A DNA stretch of 55,013 nucleotides, filler included, from Basidiobolus ranarum (Eukaryota), in the NCBI GenBank assembly GCA_040143965.1. It is 2 parts of 2 records of this genome, joined end to end, with 100 filler letters (N's around TTAATTAATTAA, not from the genome) between each part and the next. Parts side by side here need not be neighbours in the genome. Positions count along the whole stretch, not along the records: positions 1 to 27,537 come from JASJQH010006997.1; 1 more part is not named here. One strand, given 5' to 3'. A program made the translations under genes and the position numbers. The notes below the pieces were generated by a model. That model ran no database searches and was not told where the DNA came from. It was given only the letters and a program-made list of their open reading frames with translations. Positions 12,550 through 25,637 of this stretch are shown here, piece after piece (the stretch's first letter is position 1; each line of letters opens with the position of its first letter).

Positions 12550-13500
12550 CAAAACGTTCTGGCCTTTCTCCATTTGAGCGCAGGTTAAGAAGTATATGTC
12601 TAAAGTTTATAGTAGCATCCATGAAACTAAGGAGATGAGTACAAATAAGTAGGTTGTAATATATCAGTATTATAAGCATCGGATAAGACTACACTATATT
12701 TGCCGATATTATATTTCCTACTATAACTGGAATAATCAAACAAGCAGTGATTTGTGAACAACCCTATACCACATTTACTTATCATAACAATGATTACTTT
12801 CCAGAATATGAATACAGTCATGAACATGAGATTAAGAAAGTGATAAAACTAGTTAGTGACCATTCTGTTTGATTATGGCATACTCTTGAACTTGGAGATG
12901 GGTATATGACTCAGGTTATTGAGAGAATGACTTTAGGTCATTAATATCTTGCTCCTAGGCATATGGAGAACACACTCTCTTTTATATTGAAAGACATTAA
13001 TTGGATGTATGTTTTTGAAAATGAAAAGTGTTCAAAGTCTGGGAGTACAAGGAGTCATATTTAGTAGGTAATTGGGGGATTGTAATCTCTTCACTTGCAC
13101 TATTGCTAGAAAGGAACACATCTGCTAAATTGATTAATCCTTCATCATTACTTGAGTTAGTTTCCAGCATATCAATACCTTCCGAAGTGGATAGTGGATT
13201 GCTAGACTGCTCATCAATTAAGTCCTCTTTTCTTGCTGGTTTTTATCCTTTTGTGCCTGCAAGCTTTAGCTAGAAAGCCAATTTTGCTTTAGATTTTGAA
13301 CACTTCTTCAATGGTATAGAAATACTCAGATGGTAAACTTGGTATAAAAAAATTGCTTAGAAACAACTTACAATAAACCAAAATTGCCATCCATGACCAG
13401 AAATATCTTGTAAATCCCCTAATGACTCATCTGCAACATTGTCTCAGAATATGCTTATGATACAGATGGAACATATCTAAAATCCCACCCTTACTTACCC
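12550..13500 (-). mobile_element. Degenerate KDZ (Kyakuja-Dileera-Zisupton)-like transposase relic
   Basis: Minus-strand fragments, broken by stops and frameshifts, occur in the expected order: IFLVMDGNFGL (~13375-13407), GARY**PKVIL (~12923-12955; cf. GE-x-Y-x-YP), VII..YD (~12780-12800), P*FHG (~12615-12632), SNGERPERF (~12551-12578; cf. TDGE-x-x-ER-x-W). Confidence 0.5.
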
Positions 13501-13640
13501 TAACAAAATAAAATGATTTGAACTGTATTGGATCCACCCTTCTGGATTGCAAAACCATCAGAGAACCATCACAATATTGGTGGCTTGCATTCTGCCAGGG
13601 ATTTTGATGGTGAGATGGTGGCTTCTTTATGGTATTTTGG

Positions 13641-13873
13641 TGGTATTCATTCATGGTAAGATATTGATCCTCATATTTGGCATGTGCTATTTAATTTCCA
13701 ACAGTTTTTGCAAAAAACTAATTTTTGAATGGCATACTACTATGTTTATTGCTATAATGGTATTCATACATGTTAAATATTGATCCTCAAATTTGGCATG
13801 CATTATTCTATATCCAGCAATTTTTGCCAAACTATAATTTTTGAATGGCAAATCACTGGGTTTACTGCTATAG
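13641..13873. repeat. Tandem duplication, two copies of a ~117 bp unit
   Basis: tggtattcat...atattgatcctca(t/a)atttggcatg...taatttttgaatggca...gttta(t/c)tgctata starts at 13641 and again at 13758. Confidence 0.85.
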
Positions 13874-16704
13874 GAATTTGAATTAATATGCATGCCTTTA
13901 TTTAGATATTTTAGGCTTTGTATTCCAGCCACAATGAGAATCAAAAAATACAAGAATCTTGTTGTGTGTAGTCTCTACATATGCATATACTTGACTGATT
14001 AGACATAACTCAACAATATGAATATGCTTTACCAGCAAACTAATGGTGGAAAAATTGCTAAATATCTGAAATTTTGAATTTGGATTATAGCAAGATTCTC
14101 AAACCTAAACATGCTTCAAGGATACAGAACAACTTTATTTACCAATCTTTCTTCCCACGAATATAAACCCCTTGGTTCAGGAGAGTGCCTGGCGCCATAT
14201 ATAATTAGGAAACCAATAAATCCAGCAACATACAGTACATGTGTTCTAGTATGGGGACGGCAAGTATGAATTCAGGAGTAGGGAATCATCACGTTTGTCA
14301 GAAGGAAATCGAGCCTCCCGCTTACTCCTCTAATATATAAAGAATGGGTTTCCAGGACTCATAGCTCGATCCAGTTATAGGCCTTCACATTCCATCGAGT
14401 TGCAGCCATCTCGTTGCATCCCAAAGCGACGCTTCGAAGCAATACCAGTCCAAGCCACCCGCTGAATTGGCCGTAAAACGAGCATGTGAACTACAATGCA
14501 CCATTTAAGAAAGCAGCCATTACTCTAAGCGGAATATCTAAACGAGGATTTCAAAATAGGGCTAAAGCCCAACACTCCTATTCCCTGAGGTGTCGGATAT
14601 GCAGCCAGAGTTAGATCACAGGTGAAGTTGATCCCACTGTTTTTAATAAAAATAAGGCAACATGATTGAAACTTGCGGCAATAGACTGGAAGAGTCAGGT
14701 TTGCATAAATCCACAGATGCCAGAAGCTTTCTGTGATGCGAATACTTCTGCCAGGGGAAGTTTACCATGTTTGACGATTGAGGATGTATAAGGGTTTCAT
14801 CACATATAGCCTAGTGCTTGTTACTTCAAGAGTATTGCAAGTTAAACAGAAACTATGTAATGGATGTAGATCCTTGCATCCCTTATCACTAGTGTAGTTT
14901 GGCAATGGCCACACCGTGCCTGACACACAATCATACATGGATCTTGTATATGTGGACGTTTCTTAGCAAGCTTTAACTGATTGTCTTGGTGATCGAGTAG
15001 ATAAAGCCTAGTCAAAACCAAGTTAGCCTGCGTATCAAACAGCCTCGAAAACGTCAATCTGTTCGAAATGTCGTTTACCTCTGTAACTAGAGCAATACGT
15101 ATATATAGTCGATAAAGCATCATACATGAATGCATAGAATCAATATATTAGCAATATCTGTGTACATAGGAATTAGCCTCAATATTACATCGCTATTGAA
15201 AACAAGTTTCAATCGGGCAATGTGACTGACAAAATCATTATTTAGAGTTGATTCTTGGTTGACTGTTGCTGAGGCTTATACTTTAATATCCCCCCTCCCA
15301 ATTTAGTATCTGCCCTTTTTCGGCACTAATGAGCATCTATACCCATCAACGTTTGCCTCCTCATATCGTAGTTACAAACCAGCTGGCATTTTAAGGAGGC
15401 AACGTATATTGAACTAATGGGGTTGAAAATCAGAGAATCCATATTGATATTTCGTCGTACCAGTATGCACACTATATTCATTTTTGCTTGTCTGTCTGTC
15501 GACAACTCCCTTGGTTTCAAGCAAAAGAGCCAGGTAGTAATAGCCACGGTACATTCCAAGCACGCTCAATTTAGTCGTGATTATGCCATGCATCTAGTTC
15601 TGTGAAGATGAGATTTTGAGGGAGTTCATGGATTCTCTAATAAATAGGTTACCATATACTCGCAAGAGCGTGTTTCCAAGCCTCCAGATGAAACCCACAG
15701 ATAGCTTTGGAACTCAATGCCATGAATAGTTCTGATTGGCCTGGGATACTAGTAATGCTTCATAGTGGAGGTCATGCATATGAGTCACCAGGAATGACCA
15801 AACCTATACTGGAATACACGCCATCTAACCTGGTCAAACTGAGTCCTTGAATGTGTGCACTAACAAATCATTCCTCTTGGATCGGCAACACTTGCGGTAT
15901 GTCAAGGCGAGGCATTCGAAACATCCCTTGTTAGGCTGACCAAGACTGGGATCCGAAGAACCAAACCAACTCCCCAAATGAGGTCATCTCCATCATTTAA
16001 TATCGCCAGTGATTCGGCATCTCAACAATAGCTTTGGAATGCTCAATCCAATTAATCAACCAAGTGTCCCAAATCCTGGTCCCTTTCCACTACATTCCCC
16101 CAATTATTTGCCACTAACTAAAGTCATCATATTCACTAGTTCTTACTACGTGCCACTATACTCTTGGTTAAATTTTGGGAGTGACGCTTGCGTCTCATTC
16201 TGAGATAAGAAACCCAATAAAAGGCATTATGGGAGATCTGTACAGTCACTTGGCCCTGTCTAAGTTAAACAAACTTGTATGAGAGGTGACTTGCTTAACC
16301 ATCCGTGATCTGACATGAAGGCGTGGTGGCATTCCACGAGCTTGTTACAGTGCCTGGACTAGAAAGGATACTGGCAGAAATGATCGTGAAAACTCTACCC
16401 ACTACACAAAATACCTCATATTTCAGAACACCTCAGATCAAATCTTTCGGTTTCTTTCCACTTATAGATATATGTCTACTATATTCTACTTTTACACGGT
16501 GCAAACCATATCTGCGCCAGTTTGGTCCCGGATCGGTATCTGCCTATACACTGGGATTGTCGTCATACGAAGCTAGAACTTCAAAATTGATCTCCACCTT
16601 GCAATATCATGATGATATCATTCCCATAGCTTTGAAGATGCTATTAATTCCATTCAGCAACATGTTTCGTACTTTCCTAACTTTGGACAATTGGATAAGA
16701 AAAT

Positions 16705-17982
16705 ATGTCTCAAGAACAAGATAGTCCACATTTTATCGAGCTCGAAGAGCAAGAAGAGGTTTTATTTAGAACGATACAAAGTATTTCGGAAAGTTTAACT
16801 GTCGCTTTCCTTGACAACCTAAAAGAAGAAAATTTGTTGTTTTCCCCAGCATCAGTGACTTTCGCCTTGTTATTGCTGGTAAATGGAACCGCACAAGAAG
16901 CTGAGAGTAGAGCTGAGATCCTTGACGCTTTTAATCTAGAGTTTCTCGGAAAAGATTCTACTCGTTACTTGGATCACGTTAACAGCGCTATGCGAGACCT
17001 TCTAAACAGCTTATTGAATAGAGATGGTAGTGTCACTGTACCTGAAGATAAAATCGCCGATTTTCAGGTAGCAAACTCAGTTTGGGGAGACGACATATTC
17101 GACAGTTATATAGCAAAGGTAAGGGATTTATTTGACGCCGAAGCCTTTCCACCACCAGCGAATGGAAAACAGGTCAACCTTTGGATCGAAGAAAAAACCC
17201 AAGGACATCTAAAAGAGTTCTTTCCTGCTGAACAGAATTTCTCCAAAGATATTATTATGCTGATAAATTCCATCTATTTCCACGGTCGTTGGCTTTCCCC
17301 CTTCAACCAGGATGATACCAAAATGGCACCATTCTTCGCTCCTTTGGATAAACAGTTTGACACTCCAATGATGTCCATTGAAGGCAAAACATGGGAATAC
17401 GTAGAGAGAGAACATTATCAGGTGCTAAATGTTCCGTACAAAGATTACCGATTCATGGCTACTATTGTACTACCCAAAGAAGTTGCTGACTTTAAGAAAG
17501 CCAGCTCCATCATGAATTCGGATGAATGGAAGCGTGTATTTCTCGAAAGAAAGACGAAAGCGAAAGGAACAGTGATTTTACCGAAATTTGATTTGGAAAC
17601 TCAAATGGAATTAAGTAAAGCATTGAGTAGTATGGGAATCAAGAAAGTGTTTGAAGTAGACCAAGCAAAATTGCATGAGTTGACTGGAGGACCACTTGCA
17701 GTGGATAGTGTCTTGCATAAGTGTAGGATTCAAGTGGATGAGGTAAGTAATTCAGTCGGCACTAACAAGTGAATTTTTTCAACAATACTTATCAGAGTCA
17801 CTATTTCAATTACTTAGGCAGGTTCAAAAGCGAGCGCAGCCACTACAATTATTCTTTCTAGATCGGCTATGATGTTATCCCCGCCTTTCCACTTTGAATG
17901 TAATCGACCCTTCTATTTTATTATCCGGACCAACTGTGGTGTCCCTTTATTCATGAGCTATATTCAAAATCCTACAGCTTAA
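16705..17982 (+). CDS. Serpin (serine protease inhibitor family), 400 aa, two exons (16705-17742, 17818-17982), no signal peptide
   Basis: NLLFSPASV, VNLWIEEKTQG, LINSIYFHGRW..PF, LPKF and HKCRIQVDE motifs. A GTAAGT...TAG phase-0 intron (17743-17817) restores the hinge/RCL (E-AGSKASAATTIILSRSAMM) and the signature FECNRPFYFII...LFMSYIQNP. Confidence 0.93.
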
Positions 17983-19688
17983 AAACGCACATTAAATTTG
18001 ATTGCATATTAAATATGATAGATGAATTATGCTATGCTAAAGATTAGTATATACACTACATGATAATGGCCCAGTATTTGCAAAGAGATGAAAAAGCTAG
18101 CATAATATGATTATTCTTGATTGGATCAATCGTAAAGATCCAGTCGATGTTGATAAGCAAGCAGGTCTCGAAGCGAATCTCCAACTATTCCGATCTTTCG
18201 AGAAAGCACCCATGTCTGCATAAAATAGACCGGATGGAAATAAAACCTGAAAGTGATTTAATGATCAACGCACCGTATTCTTGAATTGGTGTGATACTAC
18301 GGAACAAAGATCCATCCGAGGACTGCAAAGACACACAATGGATCCTTGTGGAAGAGAATGACTTGTATGTCTATGTATGGATCTTGACTAAGATAAATCC
18401 AGTTGTCTTTATTGACGTTTAGCTTCATCCAAGGCCATGTGGTTTTCAGAACACTTCAGGAATTGCATACGATGTAGCTGCGTCATTATTCGGCACACAA
18501 TACACTGCCGAGCACGAGGGTGATTGTGCGAATAAGCGGCCCGAAGGTTATAAACTGTGGATCACTGGCATGGCACATATTTCTGGGTACATTGACGGAC
18601 TTGTGATATGATGGCATGTAAGCCAGGTAACGTAGCAGGCGTTTATTTTTCGATGATCGCATTTTTCCATCAGTCGAACGCCCTTGGCCAGATGCTGATG
18701 CAGAATGGCCTGGTACAAGCTAATTTAGTAGACTAGGATCAGCATTATCGGCAAATCAGGAGTCCGGTTCTTTAATCAAGTTTGAGTTGATTCATGAGGG
18801 GACATGTCTGGTGTACAATGATCCATGTCCAACTAAAAGCTCTGGTTTTGTGATCTATGTATAAAGCATGCTCAGATACAGCTATCATCACCTCTTCACC
18901 ACATCCGAGACAGGCTTAATGGATCATTGCTGCTGAGGGGATCTTCTGACCCTCACACCAACAAATGTAGCCTAGAGCCCAGTATAGAGTGGGAAACTAG
19001 CACCCATGGGTGCGGGAAGTTGCTAATTAGACATCCGTCGATATCCAGTCCTGGATGCACGGCTAGCATAATGAACTCAGTAGTGCCGAGAATTATGTCA
19101 TTGTGTCGACTACATCTTTGTGATGTTCTGACTTATATTAAGAATAGCACCTTGATTATCGAATGGGAGGCGAATGGACAGGCTAAAATGGACAAAGAGT
19201 CCATAATGAATAAAAATAGCGACCTATTGTGATTGATCCAGCCATAAGTCCAAATTAGTGAGTACGCCATCAAATTCATATATATTGGAATCCTAATTCG
19301 TGCTAAATTGATTCAACTCTTAACGAGGATTTACCTTGCCAACTGGTTAATTGCGGTACTTCGATTATCATTCGCTCGGAGACATCGATGTATCGTCAGT
19401 GAGTCTAAAATTGGCTATCACAATGATTCTCCACGCGATAATTTTCCTTGATCCTCACCCCAAATTTCCATTCTCTTTGTTGGCGGATTTTATAAGAAGG
19501 TCCCAAGTGCGCAAATTATATGTTCGATCCATCATTCATATATTCACGTTAGCTTTTTCATCGCATTTACTCGCGTTAGCTTGAGCAGACTTCGAATTCT
19601 AATATCTCTACCTACATTTTTGTTTATTCTCTCATATTAGTCCCGAGTATTTTACCCCTAAAAACCCCTCCAATTAAGGTTTGACAGC

Positions 19689-20306
19689 ATGAACCGTGTC
19701 GCTACAGTTATCGTTACAGGCTGGCTCTTGGCTAACGCAGCATTATGTCAAACAACCTTGGAGCACAGCTCTTTATCACCCTCAGTCAAAGTCTCCATCG
19801 CTATTGAAAGCCCGACAAGTGCGCCCATAGTAAATGACCCGCTTTACGCGGACCAAGAAGACTCCCATGTTCCTATAATTATTATCGTCGCGTACATATG
19901 TAGTGGTCTAATTTTTGCTGGTTTAGTATTGACTCTATGGTATTTAGTTGTGCACAAGAAAAATACTAAACCAGAGGAAATGAGTAAATACTCACCGTTC
20001 GAAGTGCAGAAGAAAGGGGAAGAGTGCAGAGATAAGTCTCAAACTCTTGGTCAAAGACTCTCAAAATTAACACCTGAGGTCGCTTTCTTCAATCCTAGAG
20101 AAAGTTTCCCGTTTGGTCCAAGAAGAACCCCCTCTACTACGCAGCTACTTTCGGATACTGAAACTGGCAGTATACCTCAAGCCAGAACCGTCGAGGGCTC
20201 TCCCAATCATAAAGAGGGTGCTTGGAGACTTGACGAATTCAAGGTGGGGGACAAAGAATCTAATAATACCGAAGCTTACGCTAGAGATTCCTATCGAGTA
20301 TGGTAG
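19689..20306 (+). CDS. Hypothetical type I single-pass membrane protein, 205 aa
   Basis: N-terminal signal-like segment (MNRVATVIVTGWLLANAALC), short S/P/T-rich ectodomain, TM helix (IIIIVAYICSGLIFAGLVLTLWYLVV) followed by basic HKK, then a polar cytoplasmic tail. Confidence 0.75.
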   Translation: MNRVATVIVTGWLLANAALCQTTLEHSSLSPSVKVSIAIESPTSAPIVNDPLYADQEDSHVPIIIIVAYICSGLIFAGLVLTLWYLVVHKKNTKPEEMSKYSPFEVQKKGEECRDKSQTLGQRLSKLTPEVAFFNPRESFPFGPRRTPSTTQLLSDTETGSIPQARTVEGSPNHKEGAWRLDEFKVGDKESNNTEAYARDSYRVW

Positions 20307-20683
20307 CACTGATGGATCATGCTTCATGTAGTTGGCACACGTATCTGAATGATGACCACTATGTGTATATTTCTCTTACGGCTAAGGATTTCACTGGAGT
20401 AACTTGGGGGATAGTGGTTCTCCACTTTCGTACCAGGCTATCTCCATACCACACCAGCAAGTCTCTCCTTCACGTTCGGCCTTGTATATAATGTTATTAC
20501 TTATTCATTAGCTGACAGATTTTCGTTCGTACATCATATAAACATTTGCAAATAATAACATTCATCTTGGTATAGCCCCCAAGGTAATTTGACATTTTGT
20601 ACCAGTTAATCTTAAGGGGGTCTTCTTGAGTTTATTTTATAGATGTTTGAATGATTGTTGAGAATTCTCCATTTGCATTCAAC

Positions 20684-23317
20684 CTATAACTTGGTTTTTC
20701 CAAATACAAGTAGGGTGTCTAAATAAATAGGAAAATCATATAAATTCCAAATGCTCGAGATCGATATTCAAATGCTATACTTCACCTTCATTTCGGGAGT
20801 TGTTCTTGGCTTGCGCTAATTCCACCATGGACTGACTGAGGGAATGTCGCCAATTCTTAACAGTAATTACGTCTCGCTGACTTGTTTCTTCATTTTGAAA
20901 TTGAATTGACCATATAGCATGTTCAATAAGTAATGTAGATATCAAAATGTTAGCTAAGACAAAAGCAAATTTCCGAGCCATCGCCTCCATATCCTGTGTG
21001 TTGTTAAATGCTTGAATAAATTCAAGAATGCTTTTCAATGCCACACGTATCTCTTGGCTTGATTGAAGTAGGACTTCCCGGGCATTGGCTGGTATCTCAG
21101 TATTATCAAGTAGCAATAGTTTACTTTCAATAAACTGAGGAATGGAATTTTAATGGTTAATCTCCAGGTTTTATCGACCGAATAAGTAGTCTTAGGTACC
21201 TTGGTGAGTGTTCCGGCGATCTTTCCTTTGGTACTACGTATAACTCTTAAGACGTCCAAGGATAGGACATTCGTGGTACCTTCCCATATAGTATTCACTT
21301 GAGTATCTCTTAATAATTTGCTAATGCCCGTTTCCTCCATGTATCCCTACAGATAATGTGATTTACATGAATACTAGAAACTCCTGGATGATTATACAGT
21401 CAAGTTTAGGCTTACCTGTCCTCCCAACGATTCCATGCATTCACTGACAAACTGTACGCTCTGTTTAGCACACCACAGTTTCACTATTGGCGTTACGAGT
21501 CGTAGCATGTTGGTCTCCTCGGTTGTGGCGACGTTGGCCTCACTCTTGCCTAATAATTGGATTGAGTAGAAAACAAACTGCAAGGCTGCTCTGAATTTTA
21601 GTTCGAGGTCAGCCAATGTGGCTACATGTAGTGGTAGTTCGGAAAGATAGACTCCAGACGCCTTCATGCATTATTAGGATAAATATATGATCGTATAGCT
21701 AACCAACTGGAGATGATGCATCTTGGAAGCTCCTTACCTTACGTTTCTGAGAATATTCCTTGGCCAAATATAAAGCACGTCTCATAAACGAAGTACATCC
21801 CAGAGCAGAATAGATACGAGTGATATTCAGAATATGCGAGATGTTTGGAACGCCTCTGTTAAGTTCACCAATCTATTGTCAGTTGTAATTAGCCATCCCT
21901 GAACCAATGAAAATTTATAATGAGAGTTACCAATTTCCCCTTCATATTAACCAGTTCCAATTCGGCTGTTGGAAGTCCTTTGGTACCGAACTTATTATTT
22001 AACCGGTGGATCCTACCAATTGAGAGCTGTTAGACAACTGATCTTGAGCTAATCCATCTTAATCGTATAGAACTTATGTTTACCTGACACCATTCAATTT
22101 GTTGTCTTCTGTTCTCACCTGAGCAAAGTAAAGTGACAATCCTTTACTTCCATCACGAAGCTCACCAGTGTTGGGATCTTTACCTCTTGCTAATAGCATG
22201 GCAATATTGGCATCTGTAGCCGAGGAAAACCATTTAAACCCATCAATCCTCCATGTGTTCTCAGCTGGATTGGTGATTTCAGCTATGGTTTCGGTTAAAC
22301 CGACATCGCTTCCTCCTGGTCTAAGGTTCCATAAATATCGGTTAAGGTCATAGGTTCGCTTTGTGAATGCTTAAAGAACTACCCACCTCTCCGTCATCCA
22401 TTGGCCGCTGGTCCAGAACTTCTTAGGGTCTCGCCTAGGATTCGTGATAGTGAATTTGAGATAGAAATACTTGTCTAAAGCATGAGCAGTAAATCGAATA
22501 CCTTGTCAATCGGGGATAAACTTGACCTTTCAAATGATCGTCTCCAATCAACTCAATTACCCTAGCAGCACCATCTTTAAGAAAAAGTAATCTAGTGAGA
22601 ACTTGGACTATCATTCCTAGAAATGGAAAGGTTTCTTACCTGTCATCGACAAGGGGCAATCGTAAATCGAAGAAGAAGGTGCGAAAAGATAGATCTTCGA
22701 GAATTGGTATAAACGACTGAATTCGGCAAACTTTCGTTCATACGCAATGGCCACCAAGCTACATTTTGGAAATAACTCAGGTCAGCGAAAGTGAATGCTT
22801 ACATATGTTGACATCTAAATCACTCAAACCCTTCTTCGGCTGCAATATCATGCATACGTCTCCATCCTTCGGAGGTGGTTAATTCGTCAAAGCGTCTAAA
22901 TATTATGTTGAATAAGATATAGGCATTGTAGTGTCCGCTTACAAATATACCTTGACCAGTGATCGTACTGCCTAAGTTTAGGCTGGTTTTCTTCAATATT
23001 ACTTCCATATTGTTGAATGTCTTTGGACTCAAGATTAGAAACTAGTAAACCGCTCAATAACCCAGCCCTGACTAACCTTCTATAACCCTCCCACCAAATC
23101 GAACTAAATCCGGAGTTATCTCCTCTAGTACATTGCTTGGAATCAAACGTAATAGAAGAGAACGTAAAGCTTCATCTTCTACAAATTGGTTCCCAAGAGT
23201 GGGCACGTCCTAAAAGAGGAGTTTATTTCTGGTTATCTACAATTGCTTGCTAAAGGAAGGATAACCAGATGAACTTGCTTGAAAGAATCCTTGTTCAGCA
23301 TTGGCGATCTTATACAT
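20684..23317 (-). CDS. Acyl-CoA dehydrogenase, AidB-like subfamily, multi-exon
   Basis: The spliced product contains [86 protein letters not shown] and [26 protein letters not shown] at 23317; the preferred last exon ends ...VFGKTKL* at 20684. Confidence 0.92.
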
Positions 23318-25637
23318 TTGAGGGGAATATGAATTGATAGAAGTGGTTCGTAATGCTTTAACAAAGAAATAGTGCACCAGGTAGATAGGTATAATATAAT
23401 ATAGCTACACTAATGAGTCATACAAAAAAGCAGTCCTCTTAAAAGTCACGTTGATGAAGCTCGTGAGAAAGTAAGTCAAGTTTGGTTTCATCTTAAGTAA
23501 ACATATATAGGACTTCACATGTTTGACTTTCAATCCAGATGCAATCTCATCAATTATTAACTCATAGTAACAGGAACAGCGAAACACGCTAATTTTATTA
23601 ATACCAGAATACAACCAGTGTCACACAAATCTTCACATCGTTGTTTGGGTATTTGGGTACATGGTAAAGAAGAAACCGGTTACCAGGTTCATTTTCTTTT
23701 ATCAGTAATAATCGGAACTAGGCGTTTTTGCTTCCATGAAAAGTTTGAATTGAAATATAATGCGCTTTTGCGGCTCGTATTCCCACAGTAGTTAGACTAT
23801 CGAGGACGCACCTTCTTGTATAAAGGCTATTACTGCAAATATATATGGTAAGTACACCCCGTACATCCAAAAATGGGCATGTCTATAGTCACGGAGAAAA
23901 AAATTGCTTTCTCAAAAAAGTAGATCTGGTGATTAAGCTGGCTTTAACCAATGTAGGTTGATCTGATATGATCACAATACCAAATAACGTGAAGTAGCCA
24001 AACCTACTCTTAGAAATAACTGGATCTCTAGACTTCTGATACCGAGGAAATAAATGAAGCTTTTCATAAAGCAACCTTCGGATTGAGCTGCGGAAAAGAA
24101 ATAGTATCCAAATCGCAAGGCGTAGAACTCTATTCGTAAGCGATAAACATTCTATACAACATGAACGACTTCCGACTTACATTGTCGAGGATACTCAACC
24201 CAAAGCTAACAGAAAGTAAGCCGAGATCCACATTCATCGGTGTATATACAAAAGAATGCAACCCTACCAAAATAGGAGGGTGGTGTACAATAATCTTGCC
24301 CTCTCAGATTTCTTTAAATGGAATGAATCCCTCCTTAGGTAAAGTAAGATGGTTCACTGGATGTAGAGGTGATTTGAGCTCAGATGACCATGCATCAGAA
24401 GGTAGATGAGTTGGTATGTCCATTAATGGGAATATGCTCCTCTTTGTATCTGAACCGCCCTGCCTTTGCATAAGAGCAATAGCTTTGCTTTCTTATCACA
24501 CGACCCACTGTCGGATTGGAGCCTCAGGTGGGACATACGCCTCTGGACAGAAGCACTATCAACAAGGCTCTGTTATGATAAAAAAGGCATTCACTATCCG
24601 ATAAAATTGAGGATTCTCCAAATATTTCCAAGATATCTAAGGATTGGGAAATTTGGTATCACCAAAGAATTAAATTTGTATTCATTTCTTTATGGAATGT
24701 AAAAGGATAGCCTCATACCTTTAGTGATTAAGAAAGTAAATATTAATAGAAGCCTCTATATAGTACATGGGTGACTTCAGCCCGACTACGATTCTTCTGA
24801 CAGTCACAAATGAACACCTGAAGTACCAATGTAGCTGAGCACCAATAGATGAGCTGCTCATTTAAACGGGGTTGGAAATAATAAGTATTACTGCCTATTC
24901 GTAATATTTGTGTGCAACTAAAGATAGCATGGATGGATGGCTTAGTTAGCTTTCTTGGTTGAGTATCACTCACATAATTTGCAATATATTCTCGAGAGAG
25001 CCGGGCCTTCATTGTAACCTCATCAGAAGAGAGGCACATCCCACATAAAGGATGATAGCTCGGAGAGTAAGCCAAGCATACAGAGAGCACATCTCTCATC
25101 GTATGTTATTTTTTACAAGAAAATCAATAGTGACGGTATCCACTGCACAATTATCATGCTCAATGGAGAAAGCTCTCATCACTGGCTGCAAGCTTATGCA
25201 AGTGCTGCTTCATCTTATAAAGTATAGCCTCTACCGAATATCTGTAGTAGATGAGGACATCGGTTTCACTATTCACACATATTTCCATTTCATGGATTCG
25301 GAGAGTTAAACAATCTGGTCTTCCTCCGAGAAAATTATCAAACGAACTAAAACGCACCACATTCGGTTAGAATAAGATATATATACCAGTTTTAGGAGAT
25401 GTTCTAATGTTGAATACTGAAGCCATGTTCATGATTAGGCTGTGATGCACATATCGGTTTGGATTATTCAGGAAACTCGATTTCATCGGCTATAAATGAT
25501 TGATGTCCCTCATTATGCATGATTACAAACATATGTGTTTCTCGACACAGAATAATCAACAGAAGCGAGATAATGGTTAGTTTCCTGAAATGAATAAATA
25601 TTGGTCAGAGTCAATAGATCAACTTGAATGTTTGTCG

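Noticed and set aside
18161-18223. Possible alternative serpin RCL exon (AGLEANLQLFRSF...)
   Set aside because: No in-phase AG acceptor, no small-residue hinge, and no RPF/LF..NP signature before the stop.
18118-18720. Splice-like sites and short open frames on the minus strand downstream of the serpin
   Set aside because: No consistent stop-free gene model or recognisable motif could be built.
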